Shown here: piece by piece, positions 24,470-35,700 of the stretch
How positions within the stretch are numbered: position 1 is the stretch's first letter
Layout: each line of letters begins with the position of its first letter
Origin: Azolla caroliniana
Taxonomy: Eukaryota; Plantae; Polypodiophyta
NCBI GenBank assembly: GCA_043228905.1
Contig: JBHGNT010000016.1
Span: forward strand, 186,001 to 250,000
DNA: 64,000 nucleotides
Reading direction: 5' to 3'
The notes under the pieces: generated by a model
What the model was told of the DNA's origin: nothing
Seen by the model: the letters and a program-made list of their open reading frames with translations, nothing else
The model's database searches: none
Program-made: the position numbers and the translations under genes

Positions 24470-24604
24470 ACTCATTCCTTCTCTCAAAGTTCGACACCTC
24501 TCATAGTACTAATCCTTCTCTGTCTTAGTACTATTCCCCAACAATAGTACTAATCCTTCTTTTAGTACTAATTCCTTCTCTGCCTTAATAGAGTTCCTGA
24601 CAGT

Positions 24605-24616
24605 TTGAACCGATTT
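24605..24616 (+). promoter_or_regulatory. Self-priming PBS (complementary to the predicted 5' end of the element's own transcript)
   Basis: TTGAACCGATTT is the exact reverse complement of AAATCGGTTCAA (24349-24360), which starts 33 nt after the TATA start. No TGG-type tRNA PBS is present. Confidence 0.8.
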
Positions 24617-24690
24617 CCCCTACTAGTCTCCCTCTTCCTTCTGTCTCTCTCCTTTCCTACTAGTCTCTTATTTCCCTTTTCCTTCATCCC

Positions 24691-25860
24691 ATGGCCACCG
24701 TTAGCGCTGAAGAGTATCAATCCGTTTTCTCGGAATTTCAATGCTTGAAAGAGAAGTTTCATGCTTTGGAACAAGAAAATCAACGCTTGTTGGGGGATCT
24801 TCAGCAAATTTCCTTAGAAAAGCAGCAAACGCAACAACAGCATGGGGAACTTGCGTTACGCGTGCAACAACTCGAAGCAACCATCGTAGCAATGCAACAA
24901 CAAGGGCACGGAGCACAAGGGATTCATAAAGAACCCAAGATTGGCCTTCCCACGAAGTTCGATGGAACGCGATCGCAGTTTAGAGGGTTTCTTAACCAGG
25001 TACGGTTAGTTATTCAAATGCATCCGTCCCAATATCCCACCGATGCATCACGAGTGGGTTTAGTAGGCACGTTGTTAAATGGCTCAGCATTAGCATGGTT
25101 CGCTCCGCTACTAGAAAAGGAATCTCCAGTACTAAATAATTTTGAAGAATTCATAAGTGAGTTTAAAGCATGTTTTGGAGATACTGACAGCATAAGGACT
25201 GCAATCAACAAAATCCGGCGATTACGCCAAGGTGACCGTCCAGCCTCCGCATATGCTGCAGATTTCCGCCTACTCGCCGCCGATATCCCCTGGGATGATC
25301 AAGCATTGATGGAGCAGTTCCGCTATGGTCTACGCAACGATGTCAAGGATTTACTCTTGACTTTCCCTGAAGAGCCAAAATCATTAACAGAAGCAATCAG
25401 TCGAGCGGTCAGATGTGACAACCGCCTCTTCGAGCGACGTTCGGAACGACAATTTCAGATGCCGAGGGCAAGATCCGAGCCTACCTATGCCTCAGTGGTA
25501 GCGAAACCTTTTCAAAGGGAGTCACATAATGCGCCTCCAGTAAGTACTCCAACTCCAATGGAAATTGACACTACACGTCGTCGTGGGCCGCTATCGGAGG
25601 AGGAAAAGCAACGACGCCGAACAAACCGATTATGCCTTTATTGCGGTGGACCAGGGCATATCGCGATAAACTGTCCCCATAGACCAAGAAGGCAGGTAAA
25701 CCAAGTCATTGTTAGTTCTGACTATACTAAACCCGAGTCTATTTCAGTAGGAATCTCTGATAATCCTCATAGTCATAATAGTCCTAATAGTACTAATAGT
25801 CCGAATCTCGCAAACAAATTTGATGTCCTTAGCCAATTAGAAGAAGAGTTAAACGACTAA
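24691..25860 (+). CDS. gag: Chromovirus Gag, 389 aa
   Basis: N-terminal coiled coil; PTKFDG...FLNQV...GSALAW capsid region (sushi/PEG10/RTL1-like); PMEID motif; CCHC knuckle CLYCGGPGHIAINC. Confidence 0.93.
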   Translation: MATVSAEEYQSVFSEFQCLKEKFHALEQENQRLLGDLQQISLEKQQTQQQHGELALRVQQLEATIVAMQQQGHGAQGIHKEPKIGLPTKFDGTRSQFRGFLNQVRLVIQMHPSQYPTDASRVGLVGTLLNGSALAWFAPLLEKESPVLNNFEEFISEFKACFGDTDSIRTAINKIRRLRQGDRPASAYAADFRLLAADIPWDDQALMEQFRYGLRNDVKDLLLTFPEEPKSLTEAISRAVRCDNRLFERRSERQFQMPRARSEPTYASVVAKPFQRESHNAPPVSTPTPMEIDTTRRRGPLSEEEKQRRRTNRLCLYCGGPGHIAINCPHRPRRQVNQVIVSSDYTKPESISVGISDNPHSHNSPNSTNSPNLANKFDVLSQLEEELND

Positions 25861-25925
25861 GTCCAGCCAAAATAGGAGCCGTTTGGTTGGACAGCCCTAG
25901 ATCTGTGCAGCCCATTAGTGGTTCC
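25848..25925 (+). promoter_or_regulatory. Putative -1 ribosomal frameshift signal
   Basis: G_TTA_AAC in gag frame (25848-25854); 6-nt spacer; 11-bp stem 25861-25871/25882-25892; loop GGAGCC can pair with GGTTCC (25920-25925). Confidence 0.7.
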
Positions 25926-28900
25926 ATTCCCTCTAAGCAAGTTAGTGATGTGTTCGTAGTCCAAGTAGCAGTTAGTACTAAAAGTACCCCTCCAGTACAT
26001 ACCTTAGCCCTTCTAGATTCCGGAGCTAATTCTTGCTTCATGGATAGGAATTTTGCCCGAGCTCATCAGATATCTCTCAGAAAGCTCCCATGTCCAGCCT
26101 CAGTAGTAGTCATTGATGGTCGTCCCATTGCTTCTGGTAATATCATAGAAGAGTCGGAACCCGTTAATATTGTCCTAGATAACTTAACATGTGTAGTATC
26201 ATTTAATATTATTAGTATTCCAGAACATCCCATAGTTTTAGGATTACCATGGTTCGAGTTACATGACCCAGACATAGATTGGAGGACAAGGGAAATCCGG
26301 TTGCGACAAACCCAAGGATCTACCCAGAAGGTTGCAACCATTTCGCTACGTCAGTTGCGTGAGGAAGGGCGCAAGGAGGAAATGTTTCTCTTTGCAATAT
26401 CAGTACAACCCTCCAGCACCACCAAAGAGGAGTCCACCGTTCAACTTCCCGAGAAGTATCGTCAGTATGCTGATGTGTTCGATAAAGTACAAGCCAACAC
26501 ACTTCCTCATCATCGGCCGTACGACTGCGCCATCGACTTACAACCGGGAAAAGAGCCGCCATGGGGGCCGATCTACAATTTGTCACCAACCGAGCTAGAA
26601 GTCCTTCGAGCCTATATAGAGGAGAATTTGGAGAACGGTTTCATTCGGCATTCGAAATCTCCAGCCGGCGCACCCATTTTCTTCGTCAAGAAAAAAGATG
26701 GCTCGCTTCGACTCGTTGTAGATTACCGTGGCTTGAATAAGGTCACAGTAAGAAATAGGTATGCTCTTCCCCTTATCTCAAGTCTTTTAGAACGGATCAA
26801 CGGTGCCAGGTTCTTCACGAAGATCGACTTACGAGGAGCCTATAACCTCGTACGGATCCGACCAGGAGATGAATGGAAGACCGCGTTTCGCACCAGATAT
26901 GGGCACTTCGAGTATACGGTCATGCCGTTCGGACTCACTAATGCGCCGGCAGTCTTCCAGCACATGGCGAATGATATATTTCGAGATCTCTTGGATGATT
27001 TTTTGATCATCTATTTGGATGATCTACTGGTTTATTCAAAGACCCAAGAAGAACATGATTCTCATGTACTATTAGTACTAAAACGACTTCGAGAACATGG
27101 TCTGTATGCAAAGTTAGAGAAATGTAGTTTCGGGTGCAACCAAGTGGAGTTTCTCGGCTATGTCATCTCCTCAGAAGGCATATCTATGGACCCAGCCAAG
27201 GTCAAAACGGTGATAGAATGGCACACTCCGCGTTCGGTGCGGGATGTGCAATGCTTCCTAGGCTTTGCAAATTTCTACCGGAAGTTCATACAAAATTACT
27301 CAAAAATTGTGCTGCCTCTCACACAGCTCACCAGGAAGGGACAATCATTCATTTGGTCTAAAGAGACGGACATGGCTTTCGAGAGTCTTAAGAAGGCGTT
27401 TACATCAGCTCCAATTTTAGGTCATGTGGATCCGGAAAAACCATTCATTATCGAAGCTGATGCATCGGATTTCGCATTGGGGAGCATTCTGTCACAACAG
27501 GGTAACGACGAGAAGCTACATCCTGTGGCTTTCCACTCCCGTAAGTTTGACGCCGCCGAAATCAACTACGAAATTCATGATAAAGAGCTATTAGCAATAG
27601 TTGATTCTTTTATGCAATGGAGGCATTTCCTGGAGGGATCTCCTCATCAGGTCACTGTATTCAGTGACCACAAGAACCTTGCCTACTTTCAAGATGCTCG
27701 TGTACTGAATCGACGTCAAGCTCGGTGGGCCCACTTCCTCACACGCTTCGACTTCAAAATTACATATCGTCCGGGGAAGCACCAAGGGAAGGCAGATGCA
27801 TTATCACGGCGTTCGTATCTAACACCACGTCCCGGTGAGCCAGCTTTCGATAACCAGAAGCAAGTAATCTTGGGTCCAGCACGACTGCAAGCAGCACAGA
27901 TCTTTGACATGCCCGTGGATTCCGACATTACCAATACTATACGTGAGGACTTGAAGACTGACGCTTTCGCCCAAGCTATACTAGCACAAATTGACCCCTC
28001 TCGAGCGTCATGTTCACAATCACAATCACCAGGTACGGATTATCGGCAATTCAAATACTGTGATGGATTACTCTTCTTTAAAGAACTTTTGTATGTTCCT
28101 AATGGTTCTTGCCGCCTTCGAGTAGTACAAAACTGCCATGACACATATACAGCAGGACATTTTGGTAGTACTAAAACATTAGATTTAGTACAACGATCAT
28201 TCTGGTGGCCCCGTATGCGACAATTTGTCGAAGATTTTGTTCGGACTTGCGATACATGCTGCAGAGCGAAAATGCCAAGACATCATCCATATGGTTTATT
28301 AGAACCATTACCAATTCCAAGCAAGCCATGGCAATCCATTGCTCTTGACTTCATTACAGATCTTCCAGTCTCTAAGGGATTCAGTGCGATTCTCACAGTG
28401 GTGGATCGATATACGAAGATGGCTCATTTCTTACCATGTACTAAAGAAATATCTAGTGAAGACACCGCCGAAATTGTCATGCGGGAAGTATGTCGGCATC
28501 ATGGACTCCCTGATAATATCATCAGCGATCGTGGACCCCAGTTTGTGTCAAAATTCTGGAAGCACCTTTTTAAAATGCTGAAGGTCACTTGTAACCTCTC
28601 CTCCGGCTACCACCCACAAACCGACGGTCAAGCCGAACGAACAAATCAAACACTGGAGCAGTATCTGCGGTGCTTTCTCAACTATCATCAGAATGACTGG
28701 GCAGATATTCTTCAGTTCGCCGAATTTGCCTATAATAACGCTATCCACGCATCGACTAAAGTCACGCCATTCTACGCTTATACGGGATATCATCCCCGGT
28801 GGTGTGTCCTTGAAACCCCAGAAGTGTCCACAAATCCTTGCGCGGAGGATCGTTTGGAGCGGTTACGCAAGATACAAGCGGATTTATCTACTCAACTCCA

Positions 28901-29444
28901 GCAAGCTCAACAATCACACAAGGACTACGCAGATCGTCATCGACTTCCATCCAGTTTTAACATTGGAGATCGGGTGTGGCTGCTACGACGACACATCAAG
29001 ACTACTCGCCCATGTGAGAAGTTGGATTATCGACGATTAGGTCCTTTCCGTATTATCGGGAAGATTAATGATGTCGCTTTTCGTCTCGAGCTACCTCCGC
29101 AACTTCGGATACACCCGGTGTTTCATAGTTCTCTCCTCGAACCCTATCACGAGAGCACTATCCCAGGACGTACTATACAACCTCCACCTCCTATCGAGCT
29201 CGAAGATGGACCTGAGTATGAGGTCGCTGCCATCCTCGATTCCAAGATTGTTCGCAACAAGCTCTACTATCTAGTCGATTGGCTAGGATATAGTCCCAGC
29301 GAGCGTACTTGGGAACCGATCGAGAATGTGACCAATGCTCGTGCTCTTCTAGAAGACTTCCATCGACGATATCCCGAGAAACCGAGTCCTCAATCCAAAA
29401 CGACTCGTGAAACTCGTCGTTTTAAAGGGGGGATAGTGTCATAA
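25887..29444 (+). CDS. pol: Chromovirus Pol (PR-RT-RH-INT-chromodomain), probably translated as a Gag-Pol fusion; frame open from 25833
   Basis: Protease LLDSGA; RT YLDD; RNase H ADASD...ELLA; integrase HHCC (H..GHFG...CDTC), DDE core and GPF motif; chromodomain EYEVAAILDSK...YLVDWLGY...TWEP. The stop codon lies inside the 3' LTR. Confidence 0.96.
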   Translation: MDSPRSVQPISGSIPSKQVSDVFVVQVAVSTKSTPPVHTLALLDSGANSCFMDRNFARAHQISLRKLPCPASVVVIDGRPIASGNIIEESEPVNIVLDNLTCVVSFNIISIPEHPIVLGLPWFELHDPDIDWRTREIRLRQTQGSTQKVATISLRQLREEGRKEEMFLFAISVQPSSTTKEESTVQLPEKYRQYADVFDKVQANTLPHHRPYDCAIDLQPGKEPPWGPIYNLSPTELEVLRAYIEENLENGFIRHSKSPAGAPIFFVKKKDGSLRLVVDYRGLNKVTVRNRYALPLISSLLERINGARFFTKIDLRGAYNLVRIRPGDEWKTAFRTRYGHFEYTVMPFGLTNAPAVFQHMANDIFRDLLDDFLIIYLDDLLVYSKTQEEHDSHVLLVLKRLREHGLYAKLEKCSFGCNQVEFLGYVISSEGISMDPAKVKTVIEWHTPRSVRDVQCFLGFANFYRKFIQNYSKIVLPLTQLTRKGQSFIWSKETDMAFESLKKAFTSAPILGHVDPEKPFIIEADASDFALGSILSQQGNDEKLHPVAFHSRKFDAAEINYEIHDKELLAIVDSFMQWRHFLEGSPHQVTVFSDHKNLAYFQDARVLNRRQARWAHFLTRFDFKITYRPGKHQGKADALSRRSYLTPRPGEPAFDNQKQVILGPARLQAAQIFDMPVDSDITNTIREDLKTDAFAQAILAQIDPSRASCSQSQSPGTDYRQFKYCDGLLFFKELLYVPNGSCRLRVVQNCHDTYTAGHFGSTKTLDLVQRSFWWPRMRQFVEDFVRTCDTCCRAKMPRHHPYGLLEPLPIPSKPWQSIALDFITDLPVSKGFSAILTVVDRYTKMAHFLPCTKEISSEDTAEIVMREVCRHHGLPDNIISDRGPQFVSKFWKHLFKMLKVTCNLSSGYHPQTDGQAERTNQTLEQYLRCFLNYHQNDWADILQFAEFAYNNAIHASTKVTPFYAYTGYHPRWCVLETPEVSTNPCAEDRLERLRKIQADLSTQLQQAQQSHKDYADRHRLPSSFNIGDRVWLLRRHIKTTRPCEKLDYRRLGPFRIIGKINDVAFRLELPPQLRIHPVFHSSLLEPYHESTIPGRTIQPPPPIELEDGPEYEVAAILDSKIVRNKLYYLVDWLGYSPSERTWEPIENVTNARALLEDFHRRYPEKPSPQSKTTRETRRFKGGIVS
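29424..29436 (+). promoter_or_regulatory. Chromovirus polypurine tract
   Basis: AAAGGGGGGATAG directly before the TGTCA of the 3' LTR. Confidence 0.9.
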
Positions 29445-29697
29445 CTAGACTCGAACCCATAACCTTTTGTTACACGGGTCGAGACTTTACCATTAGGTTA
29501 TGAGTTGTAATTTGAAGGATATTATTTTCATTTAGGTTTTATTAGGAAATTGATGTATATTCCAGATTTCTCTGGAACATTCTAGAAACTTCAGGAGTAT
29601 TCCTGAAGACACTATAAAAGGAGGCGCAAGGCATTAGTTCGAACCAAATCGGTTCAACGCCAGTCTTAAGCCTTCTAACTACTGTTGTATATCTTCC
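29437..29697 (+). repeat. Truncated chromovirus 3' LTR (261 bp)
   Basis: Identical by eye to 24140-24400; about 202 bp of R/U5 are missing. Confidence 0.93.
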
Positions 29698-29757
29698 ACT
29701 ACCTCCTAAAATTTGCTAATTTCCACTACTGTTGTATATCTTCCACTGTTGTATATC
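29698..29757. other. Templated-filler repair junction
   Basis: Patchwork of a satellite piece (29695-29723) and two LTR-end copies (29725-29744 and 29745-29757), joined through short overlaps. Confidence 0.85.
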
Positions 29758-32700
29758 ACACGAGCTAGGTATGAACATTTTAATTTACTAACGCGCTCTT
29801 CTCCACTACCTCCTAAAATTTGCTAATTTCTTCATTGTCTCTCGACCTGAGTTTCAAAATCTTGATTTTTCAATTCCATATCAGAGCTAGCGTTTTTAGC
29901 TTCGATTCGCATGTTTGAACACAAAAATCCAATATCACACGAGCCTTGGATGAATATTTTAATTTACTTACGCGCTCTTCTCCACTACGTCCTCAAATTT
30001 GCTAATTTCTTCATGTCTCTCGACTTGAGTTTCAAAATCTTGATTTTTCAATTCCATATCGGAGCTACCGTTGTTAGCTTCGATTCGCAAGTTTGAACAC
30101 AAAAATCCGATATCACACGAGCGTGGTATGAACCTTTTCATTTACTAACGCGCTCTTCTCCACTACCTCCTCAAATTTGCTAATTTCTTCATGTCTCTCG
30201 ACCTGAGTTTCAAAATCTTGATTTTTTAATTCCATATCAGAGCTAGCGTTTTTAGCTTCGATTCGCATGTTTAAACACAGAAATCCGATATCACACGAGC
30301 TAGGTATGAACATTTTAATTTACTAATGCGCTCTTCTCCACTACCTCCTCAAATTTGCTAATTTCTTCATTGTCTCTCGACCTGAGTTTCAAAATATTGA
30401 TTTTTCAATTCCATATCAGAGCTAGCGTTGTTATCTTCGATTCGCATGTTTGAACACAAAAATCCGGTATCACACGAGCCACGTATGAACATTTTAATTT
30501 ACCTACTAGCTCTTGTCAACTACCACCTGAAATTTGCTAATTTCTTCATATCTCTCGACCTGAGTTTGAAAATCTTGATTTTTTAATTCCATATCAGAGC
30601 TAGCGTTTTTAGCTTCGATTCGCATGTTTGAACACAAAAATCCGATATCACACGAGCCTTGGATGAATATTTTAATTTATAACGCGCTCTTCTCCACTAC
30701 GTCCTCAAATTTGCTAATTTCTTCATGTCTCTCGACTTGAGTTTCAAAATCTTGATTTTTCAATTCCATATCAGAGCTAGCGTTGTTAGCTTCGATTCGC
30801 AAGTTTGAACACAAAAATCCGATATCACACGAGCGTGGTATGAACCTTTTCATTTACTAACGCGCTCTTCTCTACTACCTCCTCAAATTTGCTAATTTCT
30901 TCATGTCTCTCGACCTGAGTTTCAAAATCTTGATTTTTTAATTCCATATCAGAGCTAGCGTTTTTAGCTTCGATTCGCATGTTTAAACACAAAAATCCGA
31001 TATCACACGAGCTAGGTATGAACATTTTAATTTACTAACGCGCTCTTCTCCACTACCTCCTAAAATTTGCTAATTTCTTCATTGTCTCTCGATCTGAGTT
31101 TCAAAATCGTGATTTTTCAATTCCATATCAGAGCTAGCATTGTTAGCTTCGATTCGCATGTTTGAACACAAAAATCCGATATCACACGAGCCTTGGATGA
31201 ATATTTTAATTTACTAACGCGCTCTTCTCCACTACGTCCTCAAATTTGCTAATTTCTTCATGTCTCTCGACCTGAGTTTCAAAATCTTGATTTCTCAGTT
31301 CCATATCAGAGCTACCGTTGTTAGCTTCGATTTGCAAGTTTGAACACAAAATTCCGATATCACACGAGCGTGGTATGAACCTTTTCATTTACTAACGCGC
31401 TCTTCTCCACTACCTCCTCAAATTTGCTAATTTCTTCATGTCTCTCGACCTGAGTTTCGAAATCTTGATTTTTCAATTCCATATCAGAGCTAGCGTTGTT
31501 AGCTTCGATTCGCATGTCTGAACACAAAAATCCGATATCACACGAGCCACGGATGAATATTTTAATTTACCTACTAGCGCTTGTCAACTCCCTCCTCAAA
31601 TTTGCTAATTTCTTCATGTCTCTCGACCTGAGTTTCAAAATCTTGATTTTTTAATTCCATATCAGAGCTAGCGTTGTTAGCTTCGATTCGCATTTTGAAC
31701 ACAGAAATCCGATATCACACGAGCTAGGTATGAATATTTTAATTTACTAACGCGCTCTTCTCCACTACGTCCTCAAATTTGCCTATTTCTTCATGTCTCT
31801 CGACTTGAGTTTCAAAATCTTGATTTTTCAATTCCATATCAGAGCTACCGTTGTTAGCTTCGATTCGCAAGTTTGAACACAAAAATCCGATATCACACGA
31901 GCGTGGTATGAACCTTTTCATTTACTAACGCGCTCTTCTCCACTACCTCGTAAAATTTGCTAATTTCTTCATGTCTCTCGACCTGAGTTTCAAAATCTTG
32001 ATTTTTTAATTCCATATCAGAGCTAGCATTTTTAGCTTCGATTCGCATGTTTAAACACAGAAATCCGATATCACACGAACTAGGTATGAACATTTTAATT
32101 TACTAACGCGCTCTTCTCCACTACCTCCTAAAATTTGCTAATTTCTTCATTGTCTCTCGACCTGAGTTTCAAAATCTTGATTTTTTAATTCCATATCAGA
32201 GCTAGCGTTGTTAGCTTCGATTCGCATGTTTGAACAGAGAAATCCGATATCACACGAGCTAGGTATGAATATTTTAATTTACTAACGCGCTCTTCTCCAC
32301 TACGTCCTCAAATTTGCCTATTTCTTCATGTCTCTCGACTTGAGTTTCAAAATCTTGATTTTTCAATTCCATATCAGAGCTACCGTTGTTAGCTTCGATT
32401 CGCAAGTTTGAACACAAAAATCCAATATCACACGAGCGTGGTATGAACCTTTTCATTTACTAACGCGCTCTTCTCCACTACCTCCTAAAATTTGCTAATT
32501 TCTTCATGTCTCTCGACCTGAGTTTCAAAATCTTGATTTTTTAATTCCATATCAGAGCTAGCGTTTTTAGCTTCGATTCGCATGTTTAAACACAGAAATC
32601 CGATATCACACGAGCTAGGTATGAACATTTTAATTTACTAACGCGCTCTTCTCCACTACCTCCTAAAATTTGCTAATTTCTTCATTGTCTCTCGACCTGA

Positions 32701-35700
32701 GTTTCAAAATCTTGATTTTTCAATTCCATATCAGAGCTAGCGTTTTTAGCTTCGATTCGCATGTTTGAACACAAAAATCCAATATCACACGAGCCTTGGA
32801 TGAATATTTTAATTTACTTACGCGCTCTTCTCCACTACGTCCTCAAATTTGCTAATTTCTTCATGTCTCTCGACTTGAGTTTCAAAATCTTGATTTTTCA
32901 ATTCCATATCAGAGCTACCGTTGTTAGCTTCGATTCGCAAGTTTGAACACAAAAATCCGATATCACACGAGCGTGGTATGAACCTTTTCATTTACTAACG
33001 CGCTCTTCTCCACTACCTCCTCAAATTTGCTAATTTCTTCATGTCTCTCGACCTGAGTTTCAAAATCTTGATTTTTTAATTCCATATGAGAGCTAGCGGT
33101 TTTAGCTTCGATTCGCATGTTTAAACACAGAAATCCGATATCACACGAGCTAGGTATGAACCTTTTAATTTACTAACGCGCTCTTCTCCACTACCTCCTC
33201 AAATTTGCTAATTTCTTCATTGTCTCTCGACCTGAGTTTCAAAATCTTGATTTTTCAATTCCATATCAGAGCTAGCGTTGTTATCTTCGATTCGCATGTT
33301 TGAACACAAAAATCCGGTATCACACGAGCCACGTATGCACATTTTAATTTACCTACTAGCTCTTGTCAACTCCCACCTGAAATTTGCTAATTTCTTCATA
33401 TCTCTCGACCTGAGTTTGAAAATCTTGATTTTTTAATTCCATATCAGAGCTAGCGTTGTTAGCTTCGATTCGCATGTTTGAACACAAAAATCCGATATCA
33501 AAAGAGCCTGGTATGAACATTTTAATTTACTTACGCGCTCTTCTCCACTACGTCCTCAAATTTGCTAATTTCTTCATGTCCCTCGACCTGAGTTTCAAAA
33601 TCTTGATTTTTCAATTCCATATCAGAGCTAGCGTTGTTAGCTTCGATTCGCATGTTTGAACACAAAAATACGATACCACACGAGCCACGTATGAACATTT
33701 TAATTTACCTACTAGCGCTTGTCAACTCCCTCCTCAAATTACTTATTTTCTTCATGTCTCTCGACCTGAGTTTCAAAATCTTGATTTTTTAATTCCATAC
33801 CAGAGCTAGCGTAGTTAGCTTCGATTCGCATGTTTGAACACAAAAATCCTCATTTCACACTAGCCACGTATGAACATTTTAATTTACCTACTAGCGCTTG
33901 TCAACTCCCTCCTAAAATTTGCTAATTTCTTCATGTCTCTCGACCTGAGTTTCAAAATCTTGATTTTTCAATTCCATATCAGAGCTAGCGTTGTTAGCTT
34001 CGATTCGCATGTCTGAACACAAAAATCCGATATCACACGAGCCACGTATGAATATTTTAATTTACCTACTAGCGCTTGTCAACTCCCTCCTCAAATTACT
34101 TAATTTCTTCATGTCTCTCGACCTGAGTTTCAAAATCTTGATTTTTTAATTCCATATAACAGCTAGCGTTGTTAGCTTCGATTGCCATGTTTGAACATAA
34201 AAATCCGATATCACACGAGCCAGGTATGAACATTTTAATTTACATTCTAGCGCTTGTCAACTCCCTCCTCAAATTTGTTAATTTCTTCATGTCTCTTGAC
34301 CTGAGTTTCAAAATCTTGATTTTTTTATTGCATATCAGAGCTAGCGTTGTTAGCTTCGATTCCCATGTTTGAACACAGAAATCCGATATCACACGAGCCA
34401 CGTATGAACATTTTAATTTACCCACTAGCGCTTGTCGACTCCCTCCTCAAATTTGCTAATTTCTTCATGTCTCTCGACCTGAGTTTCAAAATCTTGGTTT
34501 TTTAATTCCATAACAGAGCTAGCGTTGTTAGCTTCGATTCGCATGTTTGAACACAAAAATCCGATATCACACGAGCCACGGATGAACATTTTAATTTACC
34601 TACTAGCGCTTGTTAACTTCCTCCTCAAATTTGCTAATTTCTTCATATCTCTCGACCTGAGTTTCAAAATCTTTATTTTATAATTCCATATCAGAGCTAG
34701 CGTTTTTAGCTTCGATTCGCATGTTTAAACACAGAAGTCCAATATCACACGAGCGTGGTATGAACATTTGCTAACGCGCTCTTCTCCACTACCTCCTAAC
34801 ATTTGTGAATTTCTTCATGTCTCTCGACCTGAGTTTCAAAATCTTGATTTTTCAATTCCATATCAGAGCTAGCGTTGTTAACTTCGATTCGCATCTTTGA
34901 ACACAAAAATCCGATATCATACGAGCTACGTATGAACATTTTAATTTACCTACTAGCGCTTGTCAACACCCTCCTCAAATTTGCTAATTTCTTCATGTCT
35001 CTTGACCTGAGTTTCAAAATCTTGATTTTTTTATTGCATATCAGAGCTAGCGTTGTTAGCTTCGATTCGCATGTTTGAACACAGAAATCCGATATCACAC
35101 GAGCCTTGGATGAATATTTTAATTTACTAACGCGCTCTTCTCCACTACGTCCTCAAATTTGCTAATTTCTTCATGTCTCTCGACTTGAGTTTCAAAATCT
35201 TGATTTTTCTTTTCCATATCAGAGCTACCGTTGTTAGCTTCGATTCGCAAGTTTGAACACAAAAATCCGATATCACACGAGCGTGGTATGAACCTTTTCA
35301 TTTACTAAAGCGCTCTTCTCCACTACCTCCTCAAATTTGCTAATTTCTTCATGTCTCTCGACCTGAGTTTCAAAATCTGGATTTTTCAATTCCATAACAG
35401 AGCTAGCGCTGTTAGCTTCGATTCGCATGTTTGAACACAAAAATCCGATATCACACGAGCCTTGGATGAATATTTTAATTTACTAACGCGCTCTTCTCCA
35501 CTACGTCCTCAAATTTGCTAATTTCTTCATGTCTCTCGACTTGAGTTTCAAAATCTTGATTTTTCAATTCCATATCAGAGCTACCGTTGTTAGCTTCGAT
35601 TCGCAAGTTTGAACACAAAAATCCAATATCACACGAGCGTGGTATGAACCTTTTCATTTACTAACACGCTCTTCTCCACTACCTCCTCAAATTTGCTAAT

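Larger units (their letters stand above)
24140..24602 (+). repeat. Chromovirus 5' LTR (~463 bp)
   Basis: Start fixed by the satellite junction and the match to 29437. End inferred from terminal inverted repeat TGACA (24598-24602) followed by the putative PBS. Confidence 0.85.
24140..29697 (+). mobile_element. Ty3/gypsy chromovirus (Tcn1/Tf1-sushi-like) with truncated 3' LTR
   Basis: 5' LTR TGTCA...TGACA; separate gag and pol ORFs; PR-RT-RH-INT-chromodomain order; PPT; 3' LTR only 261 bp; no right-hand TSD. Confidence 0.95.
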
